Part shown: positions 13,226 through 28,420 of the stretch, piece by piece | Position numbering within the stretch: the stretch's first letter is position 1 | How the letters are laid out: every line of letters starts with the position of its first letter | Origin: the human T2T-CHM13v2.0 reference genome, Homo sapiens | DNA: 64,000 nt | Assembly (NCBI RefSeq): GCF_009914755.1 | Contig: NC_060932.1 | Reading direction: 5' to 3' (one strand) | Translations under genes and position numbers: made by a program | The notes under the pieces: model-generated | Told to the model about the DNA's origin: nothing | Seen by the model: the letters and a program-made list of their open reading frames with translations, nothing else | The model's database searches: none

Positions 13226-13743
13226 ATTTAATTCAATTTTTGATGCATAATAGATGCATAGTTTTAGAATACATGTGATCATTTAATACATCCATAGAAT
13301 TTGTAAAAATCAAGTTAGTATACTTACAATATCCATCATCTTAGTATTTGTCTTTTCTTTATGTGAGAACTATTCAAATCCTTCTTTTCCAGCTATTTTT
13401 TAAAAATATACAATAGATTATTATAAACTACAGTCACCTTACTAAGCTATTTAATACTAGGTCCTATGTCTTATACTATACTATATATTTGTGTTCATCA
13501 ATCAACTTCTCTTCATTCTCTCTCTCTTCTAACTTTCCTGGTCTCGGGTAATGAACAATTTACTAGCTGTCTCAATGAGATCAACTTTTTTAGCTCCCAC
13601 TTAAATATGAGTGAGAACATGGAATACTTGTCTTTTTGTGCCTGGATTATTTCACTCAATATAATGACCTCAAATTCCATCCATGTTGCTGCAAATGACA
13701 GAATTTCATTTTGTTTTTCATGGATGAATAATATTTTATTGCA

Positions 13744-14163
<420 letters not shown>

Positions 14164-17100
14164 AAATGTATACTACACTTTCTTTAGCCATTTATGCACT
14201 GATAGACACTTAGGTTGATTTCACATTTTGGCTATTATGAATATTGTTGCAATAAACATAGGAGCACAGATGTCTTTTCAATATATTGATTTCCTTTCTT
14301 TAAAATGTATACCCACTAATGAAATTGCTGGATCGTGTGGTAGTCTTATTTTCAGTTTTTTGAGAACCCTCCAAACTGTTCTGAAGTAGTGGTTGTACTA
14401 ATTTACATTTTCACCAACAGTGCATAAGGATTCCTCTTTCTCCACATCCTCAACAGCATTTGTTATTGCCTGTCTTTCATATATAAGCCATTTTAACTGG
14501 GGTGAGATATCTCATTGTAGTTTTGATTTGCATTTCTGTGATGATTAGTGATATTGAGCAATTTTTCATATACCTGTTGACCATACGTATGTCTTCTTTT
14601 GAGAAATGTCTGTTCAAATCTTCTGCCCATTTTTAAGTCAGATTTTTTATTGTTATTGAGTTGTTTGAGTGTCCTGTATATTCTGTTCAGTAATTCTTTG
14701 TCAGATGGGTCATTTGAAAATATTTTTTCCCATTCTGTAGATTGTCTCTCACTTTATTTTTTCTCTTGTGGTGCAGAAGCTTTTTAGTTTGATGTAATAA
14801 CATTTGTCTATTTTTGCTTTGGCTGTGCTTTTGACGTCTTACAGAAAACATCTTAGCCCAGACTAATGTCCCAGAGCATTTCCCCAGTGTCTTCTTCCAG
14901 CAGTTTCATAGTTTCAGGCTTTCGATTTAAGTGTTTAATCCATTTTGATTTTATTTTTGTGTATGGTGAGGGATAGGGCTCTAGTTTCATTCTTCTGCAT
15001 ATGGATCTTCAGTTTTCCCAGCAACATTTATTGAAGAGACTGCCCTTTCTCCAAAGTTGCCACCTTTGTTGAATGTGAGTTGGCTGTTAATGAGAGAATT
15101 GATTTCTGGGTTCTCTATTCTGCTCCATTGGTCTATGTGTCTGTTTTGTTGTTGTTGTTGTTGTTGTTGCTGTTGTTTCCTCCCACAGGATAATTTCCTG
15201 GAGATTCTTCCAAGTAGTTTTATTTTTTCAGTTGTTCATTCCTTTTCATTTCTGAGTGATATCCTATGGTATAGATGTAGCACATTTAAAAAATTCAACC
15301 TTTGAAAACATCTAGGTTGCTTCCGGTTTTTGATTATTCTAAGTAAAGATGTATGAATATTTGTATATAGATTTTTTGGAAGCATACATTTCCATTTATT
15401 TGGATAAATGCTAAAAAGTGCAATGAATGGATTATATTTTAATAGTATTTTAGTCTTTTAAGAAGCAACCAAATTGCTCTCTAGAGTGATTGTCCAATTT
15501 TACACTTGCACCAACAATGTAGGAATGACTGTTTCTCCACATCTCTGCCAGCATTTAGTTTTGTTGCTTTATTGAACCACTTTAATGGGTATGTAGTGAC
15601 ATGTCCCTGTGGCCTTGATTTGCATATTATAATGACATTGAGCCTCTTTTTATGTACTTATTTGCCATCAGTGTATCTTCTTCGGTGAAGTGTCTGTTTA
15701 TGTCTTTTGCCCATTTTGAAATTGATTTGTTAGATTTTATACTGTTGAGATATACATATATCTCAAATTCCTTTTTCTCAACACACGAGTTTTTGTGCTG
15801 TTTTATTTCCTTACCTCTTGTAATAATTAAAAATGTTTATTATTTAATATTCTCTCTATTCAATTTTCATATATTCGTGTTTTTGTTATCATTTAAGTTA
15901 TCGCCTAAGCATTATCATAGAGCCATACATGTATAACTATTACAGTTTAACACAATTTATATCAATTTCAGAAAATGTTAGAACTTTAAGACCCCTTAAT
16001 TCCTTTGTTTTTTCTTATCTTTGGGCATATTTTTGATATACTTAAAATCGTATGTTAGATATTTCAAAATTTATTATTGCTTTCATATAACTATTCAAAC
16101 ATATTCTATTTTTAATCTTTCTTCTCATTTCTTTCTTTTGGTTCTATTTTCCTTCTACCTTAAGAGCTCTGTTAATATTTCTATTAAGAGAATGTATATT
16201 TTTTAAAAGCGTACATTTATTTACTTTTTGATTTAAAAAAATGCAGTTACATTATTTGAAGACATTTAGCTAGAGAAATTTCTGACAAGAAAGGAATTGT
16301 CTGAATGGGTCCAGATGACTCCTTACATTTTCATTTTTATGGCATTCAGCACATCAACAGCTTCATCAGCTGAATTAATTACACTCAATACACATGACAG
16401 CAATAAGCATTTACAAACATAGCACTATTCAGAATGGATTTCATAGAGATTCACATTCAAGAGCTAATTTATTGTTTACTCATTCACTCAACCAATATTG
16501 ACTTAATATCTGTAAGTGGGAGACATTATGTTTGATTCTTTCTCTGTAAAAGCTCACAGACTAGTAGTAGTAGATTCAGTGAGGGAGTGGGGGGCAAGAA
16601 AAGATAAATAAGTGATTTATAATAGATTCATGGATGAATAATACACTATTGCATATATATATGTATATATGAATGTAATATATGTATACTACACTTTCTT
16701 TAGCCATTTATCCACTGATGGACAGTTAGGTTGATTTCATATTTTGACTATTATGTATAGTGCTGCCCATGATTACAAATAAAGAAAATTATTTAGCTTG
16801 GCTCAAATGTAGGATATTATTTCTTGGTTGCTTTTTTTCCATAGCCCATAATTTTAACTTCAGTGATATAATACCTGTCATATATAATTGCAACCAAGTT
16901 GTGTTACAGTCATGTACTATTGTGCATATATAAATTAAAACATCATGATATTTTTATCAGTAATAATACAGTTTATATTTATCATAATGTAATGACCCTG
17001 ATTCAGATATAAATATCTGCTTTAAATTTTGAAGTATGTTATAATATTGCAGTGTCAAGGGCATTAGAATAAGAGATAAAGATTGTTAAAATTGGCTGGT

Positions 17101-18087
17101 CTTTTAATCTCTTCAAGCTTTATTTTTCTTATATGCAAAATGAGCATATAAATATATGCACCTGTCACTTTATATAATATTATATACATGTTATATAAAT
17201 ATATATATATATATTTGAATTTGAGAAGTATAATTTTGAGGAGTACTCTCAGTGTTTAGCATACTTTATGGCTGAAAGTACTCAATAAATATTTATAAAA
17301 TGAATTTTAATAAAAAAATTCATGTCTTAGTTTTTTCTTTAGGTAGAATTATCATCTACTGCATGCTTTTTAAACACTATGAAAATCGATAATATTGAAA
17401 GTAGGCTTTTGGACTTTAAAAATTCTCAAATGACAGTAGAATTTCTAGTTTTCTCCCAGAGTGCACACACTTGTTTACCTTGAGATGAAGACGTTTCAGA
17501 TGGTGACAGGTTTGGCACTGGTGGATGAAATTTAGTATCTAAACAGTAGGCAAGTTTAGTGGTTATGAGAATTGTGCTTTTAACAACACAACAATCTTAG
17601 CAAATGGGTCTCTAACAATAAAGCGAAATATGAATCTGACTTATAGTAAATACTTAATTCATGGTTGTTCATTGAAGGAGGGAAACCTACAGGAATGTAT
17701 ATTTTGGGGGATCTGAGGAGGAAGCACAATCAGCGAATGTGTGAAGCAGAAAAAAGTAGGTAGGAAGAAAAAGAAAAAATACTATCACGTAAGGATGTCA
17801 TAGAAGTTATTTCAATCAGGGTTTTAAGGAGAAGAAAGAGTAGATTGTATCAACTACAGAAAATAAATACTGAAAGAACTGAGGAGCAGTGATTAATTTG
17901 GGGATGACTTTGGATAGAATAATTGTAGAAGCAAATTGATAAAAAAAAGTTTGTAAGAAGAAACATATTGACAGTAGAGAAAGGAGCACAATATGTAAGA
18001 GTATATTCATAAAATGTGATGAGGGGGAAAGGGGAATATAAAATTTAAGCATATCATGATGTTGGTTACTAATTGAGAAGGAAGACT

Positions 18088-18788
<701 letters not shown>

Positions 18789-20259
18789 AGAGAAGGAAGA
18801 CTCAATGGCAAAAGTGCTCATAAACAGAAACAGCACCCACGTCTGATGCGGCAGCTGCCCCTGCAGTTTCATCATCCTGATGTTACATGTGGTTCTCAAA
18901 AGTGGATACAGAGGTTGAATTGATTGCATTCCACTTCACAGATTGGTCAGGAGGTCCACAAGGACTGGTCTCTGTGTAACTCAGGAGCAATAAATAATTT
19001 TTAGAAAACATCAACTAAATACCATTAAGACCCTCTCCATAAGGCATGCAAGTATTCCTTCGTCTGGCATAAACCTCTTCACTTGTTCTTACACAATTAT
19101 GTAGGGGATTAAAAAAGAAACTGCCACAATCCCCTTAAAATATATGAATCTCTTTGGAAAAGTCCACTCTTCCTTTGAACAATTCTAGATGAATTTTGTA
19201 TAGTTCTTTCAATCTAGGGCAAATTATCTTGCCAAAGAGTCGCTCTTTGTTTCATTTCTCCAGTTTATTATAACACACTTATTTAATGATATGAATTTAT
19301 TAATTAATATTAATTTTAATTTTGCCATAGCCAGAGGAGGACAGTATTCCAGGGTGCTTGAATATCTCTGGAAAACTGAACAATAAAAATAAAAAGAAAT
19401 AACCCTTGAAGAAGTATATGTATTCTGGTAGGCTTCAGTCACAGAATAAAAAATTACATTTGATCAAATGATCGAATATATATTTTCAAAGACCATAAAT
19501 TTTAACCAAATATAGGTTAAAGGTGTATAATGTAGTGCTTCTACTGATGTCATGAGATATTCAAAATTTGCATGACAATGCTTTCTGCTTCAAATGCCTT
19601 CGAGATGGCAGGATTCAGGAATAAAAGGACAGAGAAATTATGGAAGAGCTGTTATGTGACTAGGATTAGCCAGGAAGAGATAAATAAAATGATGTCCAGG
19701 TAAGCATCTGCATATGTAATACCTGCTCCTGTGAGGGTAGAAAGGTAACAAAGTAGACAAGAGCAACTAAGGACCTTGGGGTCCCAGAGATCAATTGTAC
19801 TGGTGCTTCTTTGCACAATTTATTACTTTTGCCAGGGAATCCTGCTATGCCAGGAAGAAAAGGGTATTCATTTAGTTAAACTGGATTTATTGAGGGCTGG
19901 GAAGTAGTAAGATTGGAGTGACTGGAGGTCACAGTGACAGGAAATTCTAAAATGAAAAATAACCACGTAATTTGTGTGGATGAACAGGAAGCTCAGTCTA
20001 GGCAATGCAGCTAGATCCTGGATAGATATATGAACTAGGGTAATTGGAAGGGCTAAGAAAGATCAGAAAAATAATAAGGTAATTTGGTGGTGATGGAAAG
20101 GAAGAGGGTGTAGTTAAAGAACAGAAATGTGAGAATTCAAGTCTGACAGTGGAGCTGTCTTGGATAACATCAGATCTCAAGTTAGCAAAAGCAGGAGATT
20201 GCTAAAGTAAAGTGGAGATGGACTTGTTTGTTTTTGTTTCTTACTTACAGATTAAAGAT

Positions 20260-20940
20260 TCCGAGCACTGTGCTAATGCTATGAGAGGTATAAAATAGCA
20301 TATATGGCTTTTCCTTCAAGGAGCTAGCAGCTTGGTAAGATCGAACAGTATTTAGCGCTACACAAACATGTTTAATACCACAGAGAACAAGTGTTGCAAT
20401 AAAGGAATCAGGAAGTCGAGGGGCACTAAAGTGGAAGAGATTCATTCCAAATACATGGGTTAAAGAAAATCTCATGGAATAGATGGCACCTGAGTTAACT
20501 TCTTAACATTTGAAATGGATTTTGACAGGTAGAAATAATACAACTGGTATTTTTAACGGATTCTTCAGTTGTTAAGAAGTCCAGTCGATAGTCTTCAAAA
20601 TACAGCCTGAGGTGTGCAGAATATGTGTTGCCTTCTTCATTTCACGACCAGAGGAACTGCGGGTCAGAGAGTTTCACGGTGTTAACTGACTTGCAAGGAC
20701 CTCAGAGATATTGAAGGAGCATAGATGGGCATCTCAGACAAAGGAGTACTGGGGAGAAAGACGCTGTTGCAAAAAGTGCAGGACTTCTTTAGGGAATGAC
20801 AAGTTATGTGGTTTCAATTCATGAAACAACTGGTGAATTTAAGATCTGGAAAATAAGTCACAAAAAATAACTTGAAAAAGCTCCTGATGTATCTAAACAG
20901 CTTAGGTTTTGTGCCTGAAAAATTAAAAGAGATGACATGG
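20260..20940 (-). mobile_element. L2 fragments
   Basis: gcactgtgctaatgct ... ccttcaaggagctagcagcttgg ... ggaatagatggcacctgag pattern typical of the L2 3' region. Confidence 0.55.
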
Positions 20941-21219
20941 CAGTGAACCAAGGTAGTGCACACAGGGAAGAAACAGCTCAGGCCTGCTATGTGTGGATTA
21001 CACTCAACAAGACAGAGTAAAATGCAACAGTCACAAACCCAAGGGGCCTCTTCTTATTTCTTTCTTTCCTTCAATAACATCCCCCTACCAATTAAGTGAT
21101 AATGAAATCAAGTAAATGAGTCAATGTTCTGTCCTCACACACAGGGCCACTCTGTGAGACTGATTTTTCTCATTGTTCATTTTGTGTACTTTATTCTCTC
21201 TTTTTTCCATATCCTTCAC

Positions 21220-21520
21220 CCCACAGAGAGATATTTCTAAAATATAAACATGATCCTTTTCCTCCAATGCTTCAATGTCTCCACTGGCTCCCCTGACTCT
21301 CAGGATCAGAGAGAAAAATTGCAGCAAGATATGTGAGTTATCACTGATTACACCTTGTCCGATCACCAACTTCATGGATTGCCTCTTCTTCAGATCCACA
21401 CACAATGTGCCAGACAACCCACATTTCTTTGGATATACTATGTTTTTCATGCCTTGGACATTTGCTTTTGGATTAATTATCTCCTCTCTAAAAATTTTGC
21501 TTTCCCTTACCTGCCCCAAC
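21220..21520 (+). mobile_element. L2 fragment
   Basis: tttctaaaatataaacatgatc ... actggctcccc ... ccttggacatttgcttttg. Confidence 0.55.
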
Positions 21521-24500
21521 CAAGCCGTTCCACTGTTTAGCCCAATAGGGTGGAGTAGCTTTGATTCTACTCACTTCTTCTTAATTCATTTTAAAAAGCA
21601 GTTATTGAATCACATCGTTTCTAATGACTTTAAGGGGGAAATTATACATAGAACTTCAGCCATATGTGAAAGTACCGGGATCCACCAATTACTCATCAAA
21701 TCCTTATTAAATCTGTAAATTGTTCTCATTTTTAGGGGAAATTGAGGCACAACTAAGTGAACTAAGTTGCTTCATCTTCACTCTCACTAATATAAGTTTA
21801 TTTCAGTTTCATATCATCTCAAGTTTTACCAGTGACAGTCTTTTCCTCACTGGTCTAATAGGACCACCCAAGCCACACAAATCTAGCCACTCTGGCCCTC
21901 TATATGGAGGTGAGCAGTGGTTCCTTGCAGACTTTAAGCCCACCTCATTCTGAGCCTGCCTGTTTTTCCATGGGGAGCTTCCAGAACTCATGCTCATTCC
22001 AGTCACTCCAAACTTTTACATTTTAGTCTCTGCAGCTCTTGCTCCTTGTGCATGAAAGTACATGCCCTCATGTGGGGTAAAATCAACAATGAATCAAAAC
22101 AGGAATCACTAACTATATTAATTAGAAATGATATATATTTATTTGATTGCTTATGTTAGGTTGAAAATTATTCATGAATTTGTATAGTGAGCAGTATATT
22201 TTTCATTCAAGGAAGACTAAATTTGTATTTTAAATGAATAAACCTACTTTGAGATTGAGCAACATTTAAAAATACTTTTTACTGCCAGAGCAGTTACCAA
22301 GAATCTTTAGAAAGCTGTATAAGTGCAGAGTGGAAAAACAAGCCTGAACAAAAAACTTCAGACTAACTCTTCAGTGATGTAATTTTTTTTAGTGTGTGTG
22401 TATATATATATATATGACACATAATTTTGTCTGAGTATCCATAAGGTTACCGTTAATGCTGTAAAAGTTTAATGTCTCACAATGCTAAATTAATGGGTAA
22501 TGGAGTCTATTGATTTCATAATAAATATTAACTATTTTTGTTTATCTTGAGTTAAAAAATTACATTTTCTAAAAGCTACAAATAAAAACAAAAGCACTTC
22601 AGTTTTTCCCTAGTGCTTGATGAGACAATAATTCTATGTGGGGACATTTTCTTTTAACACTGAAATATTACAATCAAGAGCATATTGATGGATTATTCAA
22701 GGGAATATTATACATAGAACTTCATCCAGGTATTAAAGTATTTAGATCCACCAATTATTCAGAAAATACTTGTTAAATCTGTATGGTAAATTGTTCTCAC
22801 TTTAGATGAAATTGAGGCCCAACTAAGTGAGCTAATTTACTAATAACCTTCTTTACTTAGTAATGGAGGCCCCAGATAACTGTAATTTTTATGATCAACT
22901 TATACTATAAGAGGTCATATGTAATAAAAAAACTGTTCAAGTATTTCACTTATGTTCATAAAAGAGTTTCCATATTTGAAAAGTTGAAACAGAATGTAAA
23001 AAGTGATATGTATTAACTTATAAGCCTAGTTTCATAAAAGATCAGCCCCTCAGAATTATTCTATGTAGGCACTATGTAACATCTATAATTACATAGATTG
23101 AAGATTTGATCTAAGTGTATTGACTTTTATTAGCTAAAAAATCTAGCTGCTATTTAAAGCAGAGAAGACAAATATGATCAAGATATGCTTTAATTTATGG
23201 TACATGAAGCAATGGTTATAACCAGAGAGCAGAAAGAAATATGTATTACTAAACTCCAATTATTTCTCATTTTCTATGGATGGTTAAACTTCTGTCTGAA
23301 TACTTTAAACATCATACTTGCCATTATACATCAGAATTAAAGCTAAAAATATCATGTGAAATTATAACATTCTTTTCATTCAATGTGTATGCTGTCACAA
23401 ATTCAAACTAACTTTCTTTCAAAAAGATGGACAATAGTTATACTTCTGAAATTCTTTTAGTATATTTTCAAAAGAAAACAAAAGAGCATATCTAAGCACA
23501 TCCCTTTTTTCATTATAAAATGCTGTGTCCAAGATATGAGAACCAGTTTCTCTAAAAATATTAATAATTTGAACCCTCAGAGTCGTGGATGCCCAAGGCC
23601 TTACCATGTGCCCAGTTCTGAGACAGGAAGGCAGAGTGGCGTAGACCTACCAGTAGACCTGAGCCAGACATGCTCTATGGGGTTTTCTTTGTTTGGGGAA
23701 TAAACTCTGTTTTATATCCAAAAATGTCTAGTAGAAGAGCCAGGAAAGGTGTTTGGAGAAAACATATAAATTTACACATTTTACATAGCATTTTGAATAC
23801 TGAATTGCAAAAGTTTTCTGTTACTGTCAAAATTGACTGGAATTGAAATATAGTTTGTGTATTGTGTTGCACAATGAAGTAATTCTTAAGCCTGAGACTT
23901 TGGCTAGTTTCCATCCATTTTGGGATTTTATCTATTCCTGTCCATTAAGTTTATATCTAAACATTGCAATATCTGGAAGTAAGGAAGTCATTGAAGCTAT
24001 ATGAAACACTTTTAAATTCAATAGCACTTTTGTGAACAATTTTAAAAGGCATCATTTAATTGTCTATGACAACAAAAACAAAAGTCAATAAAATACTGTC
24101 AGAATGCTTAGACTGATCATAGCATTTTAAGAAAAAGTTTAATGTTAATGAAATTGGCAACATCCATGCAAATGGAGAGCATGATCATTTACACCTGGAA
24201 AGAAGGTATGAACCTCTTGTTCCAAATCATCTTTGGGAAGATGAACAGACTGAGAATGAGGGTGGAGAACAATGGACAAAGTGCTGCCACTCATGTTATC
24301 ATCTAGTGACTTTTTAATATCACGCTTAATATTTTATTGCCTGTTTTTACGATCTTTCTAAGTCAGAAAATGCATTGACAAATGTTAAGAGGAGACAATG
24401 GTAGCCAAAATAATAAGTAAACTACGCATAATGTTATAGCAAACTGGGAAAAGAATGCATCTAAAATTTCTTAGATTCTCTTTTATCTACATGTTGTATG

Positions 24501-24756
24501 TTTTAGAAGTCAAAGTTTCTCCATAGTTACCTGAATCTAAAGATGCTTCCTACGAAATTGAAATTGTATGTCATTTGGGTCTATCTTCAGTGTTTCATTT
24601 AAAACAGAGATGCTTATAAAGTCAGGTAACCAAATATGAATTTGGAGGCTGATATTTATATTGTATGAAAGATAAGCTTTTCAACAGATACTATTACGAG
24701 CTGCAAATAGATCAATGACATGAGGTTTTGATCTGATTTGTTCTGAACATCTGCAG

Positions 24757-24886
24757 GCAGAATGCCTTTCAAGTCATTGCTGTGGATGGGGTCTGCACTG
24801 GGATTATTCAGTGCCTCTCTGCTGAAGACTGCGTTGACTGGCTACAAGCAATAGCAACTAACATTTCAAATCTCACAAAGCACAAT
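24757..24886 (+). CDS. SNTG1: Gamma-1-syntrophin internal exon, 130 bp (phase 2 to 0), C-terminal part of the split PH domain
   Basis: Acceptor catctgcag|, donor aat|gtaagt. Reads g + QNAFQVIAVDGVCTGIIQCLSAEDCVDWLQAIATNISNLTKHN, including the PH-type terminal helix DWLQAI. Confidence 0.96.
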
Positions 24887-25899
24887 GTAAGTAATGATTC
24901 AAGGAATACCTAGCCAGGGTTTCTCAGGCTTTATAAAATCCTTCAGTATATATGTAACTTCACATCAACTGTTTGGTGTTCTTCTCAGAATGAGACATTC
25001 ATGAAAGCTATTCTGGAATACTTATTGTAAGAAAACTGAGAGTTCTGGCCCAATTTATGAGTTCAATAATACACATAGATTTCCATTAACAAGCATTATA
25101 AACCCCTACATTACTTAAGCAAATGAAAATAACTAGTTAGCATATAATCCCTAAATATATTTAAGTAAAAGCATTCGGGAATAATATAGTACTGGGTTTC
25201 AAGACAGCATTATTGATTTACCTTTAGTGATCTTAGAATTGCAGCTAGGAAGGTTTGAGGAGTAGTAGGCTAGGAGGAAAGGAGTTAGCATAGAGACTGA
25301 AGGGAACAGTCAGAAGATTGCCATTGTCTCACATTAGATAGAGCCTGGTCTGTATTATTAGAAATGGCTTCTCTGCATTTTCTCTCTTTCCACTACAACC
25401 GTTGCTTCCTTCCACATTCCTGTGTCTCTTTATTGTAGCTATCTTCTCATTATTTTAACTCTTTAATAACCTAAATAATTCTTTCCCCCGTTATTAATAA
25501 TTCTATGAGAAATATAGTCTAACAAAATATACAAAACCACAAACCTCACCTTACTGAGTATCAATCTAGGTATCATTAATGATAATTATTTTAGAAAAAG
25601 TACTTGTCATCATCCATGCCTTTGTGTTAATTCTCTCCTCAGTCCGCAATTGTTCCATGCGATGTTGAGGCATTTCAGAAGTCCTAAGGGAGATCAGGAG
25701 TCTAATATACAAATGATCAAGCAGAAATATATAACTCTGTCACCAGCACGTGAACACACAAAATTGTTCTTATGTAAATGACCCTTCAGATCCAAGTATC
25801 CTTGCACAGAGTAGACTTTGCTTTGAAACCTAAGAAAGGATTGTGGCCACTATACCTTTCTAAAACGACAGGAGGACCACTAGCCAATAAAGGCAACTG

Positions 25900-26170
25900 T
25901 CTAGTTTCCAGTCTATGGCTATTTCAAACAACGCCATCATAATAGCCATGCATATGGTGATGGGATCCTCTGGGAATGGGGTTGACAGTCATGGGATATG
26001 TGCATGGTCAATTTTACCAGGCAATGCTAAGTGTTTTCCAATTGGCTGTGCAATTTACCCCTCACTCTTGGTGGATGATATGTTTCTTTCTATAATCTTC
26101 AAAACTCTGTGTCACGCTGCCTTTTGAATTTTTGGTTGATACATGTGGAAATGTGCTTCCAGTGTGAATA
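25900..26170 (-). mobile_element. Old L1ME-type 3' fragment
   Basis: ctagtttccagtctatggctatt ... aattttaccaggcaatgctaagtgttttccaattggctgtgcaattta. Confidence 0.6.
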
Positions 26171-28420
26171 AAAACAGATTTTCCTTTTTTTTTTTTTTCT
26201 GGTGGTTCCAGGATAGGTGTAAATACACCAAGCCTTACCCAGGCTCATCCCTCAACAAGGAGGCTAAACATGGGTATGTCTAGTTTGGGCAAGAGTGAGC
26301 TCTCACTCCCAACCCACCCTTGCTAATCTGGTGTTGTCACCATATTAGAGTTGAGGTTGCACAAGAGGGCATAGGTTTCAGAATGACTGAAAAACAAAGA
26401 AAAAAATAGAAAAGAAATGCAATGTTTCTCTAGGGATTGTTTCCTCTCCTTCGACTGACTTATATGGATGCTTCTAGAGTTAAACACAGAAAAATACCTG
26501 AGAGTAGGGAATTTGTTACAGAAATGATTAGAGTTTCTTAAAAACAAGATATGAACTTATATTTGTGAGACAAATATAATTGTGTTCTTTTGAAAGAACA
26601 GAATGTTAAACTTTGAATCCAAAGTTTTTTTTCCTTATCTAGATCCAAATTTGCATTGACCTAAAATCCTAGGAATATTGTCATGCCATATTTCTTCAAA
26701 CGTCTATTCAGTTAGAATGCTGTGCTTCAGCTGACAAGCATTTGAAAAGTCAATGCTTTAGTTAAAAGCAACAGCAACAACAAAACAGTGAAGATGCAAA
26801 TGTCTCTACCCTCTGTAAGCCTAAGGAGGGACAAGCCGCATTTTACTGCTTGTTTTTCATCCTTGTAATAAGTGCTCACCGTCATATGATTCCCCTATAC
26901 TACTGTTTTAACTGTTTGGAGATCCATATGTCTGTTGCATATTAAAAGTTATGTATTTCTTCTTTCACCTCCTGTTTCTATATTCTAATTACATGTTCTT
27001 TTGTTCTTGCAATCAGTTTCCATTCAAAAGTATTAGGTTCCAATGTATTCTGATATGGAAAGTACTACATAAATGTTGAAAAGTTATTAGGCATAGCAAT
27101 AAAAAATGTGAAAGTCACATTGATTTCAGAGAAGGCAGAATGCATTGATGAAACAATTAATATGGTTAATTAGCATAAAGAAAGAAATTAGGCAGAAAGA
27201 GTAGCTAGGAAAGTTTTGCTTAGGTTAGTTAGATATCAGTTCTACTTCTCTTATTTTTTAATTCTAAAGATATACTGGAAATAACACCTTATGGAAAGAT
27301 GTAGACCTTTTTCTTTATTTGCCAATATTCTGAGAGTATAGGCTTGTATAAGTCTGACTTGAATAGCTTGTTAATAATAGGTGCAGAAATAAAAACATTG
27401 TGATAAATATTTAAAGAAATTCCACTCAAGAGATTATCAGGCATAAAATAAAACTGAAAAAAGGATTAAAATGCATATAAAATAATAAGTTTGACAGTTT
27501 AAAAATTATGCTATTGAAATAAGACATACATATGTATATAAACTTTTTAATGATGAATCACATTTTATTGTAAAGCTAGTTGGAGAACAGACAGGGGAAG
27601 GATAAAAGCAAAAACAAAAAACGAAAAACAACCTGTGTTAGAATAATTAGATCAATGTGTTGATCATTTTCTTTTCTCTTTGCTCACTAGTTTCTAAAAG
27701 TAACTTTGTGAGACAGGGATTTTCATACCCAGTTTTTAAAAATTCTATATAATTATAGTTGCTATAATTTTTCTTCCAGAAATAATTGATCATAATGGCT
27801 AAAAATACCTAGGCAAACACTGACAATGTAAAATTGTATTTTATCATTATTCAGAGTGGCTCCAAAATATTTACAATAGTTGTTAATATTTAATACTTAG
27901 TAAATGATGTCTACTAGAATGAGGGTGAAGGCTTTAGGGACTTGTCTTAAGCTGTATTGGCACAGCTTTCAACTCATTTTATTTAAATTCTATGCTTTCA
28001 CATTGGAAAGCAAAGCATGGCAGAGGCTATGCTGTTGTGGGGTGGGTGGGGTTCAGCTCATTTCTTAACCAACTCTCACATAATGAGCATTTGCTATATT
28101 TTAGGTGAGCATTCACTCCCAGTGAACTATTATTTTAGGTAAAGTGGACTTGAGTAGATTCTAAAAGGTAGAATTTATAAATTGTAAAAAACAGTAATTG
28201 CTTCCAATTAATAATTTACCAATTTTTTATTCATTATTTCACCAGCTATATGAACAAGTATTAGTAGAAAGTTATCAATTTTTATTTCCATGATCATTTC
28301 TTATTAAATAATTGAAGACTTTAAAATATGCAATGTTGTAATAGGGTGAAGTTTTTGGGAACCTTGGAAATAAGTAAATATATTTGGCATAATATATAAG
28401 GGATATGAATCATCAGACTT

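Noticed and set aside
17325-17406. ttttttctttag|gtagaa as a recursive site or cryptic exon
   Set aside because: The reconstituted donor is weak and there is no good downstream donor; expected by chance in AT-rich introns.
21121-21718. Overlapping 132-aa and 147-aa ORFs
   Set aside because: They overlap an L2 remnant, have no recognisable protein features and no splice context.
28018-28032. G-quadruplex candidate ggggtgggtgggg
   Set aside because: Only three G runs.
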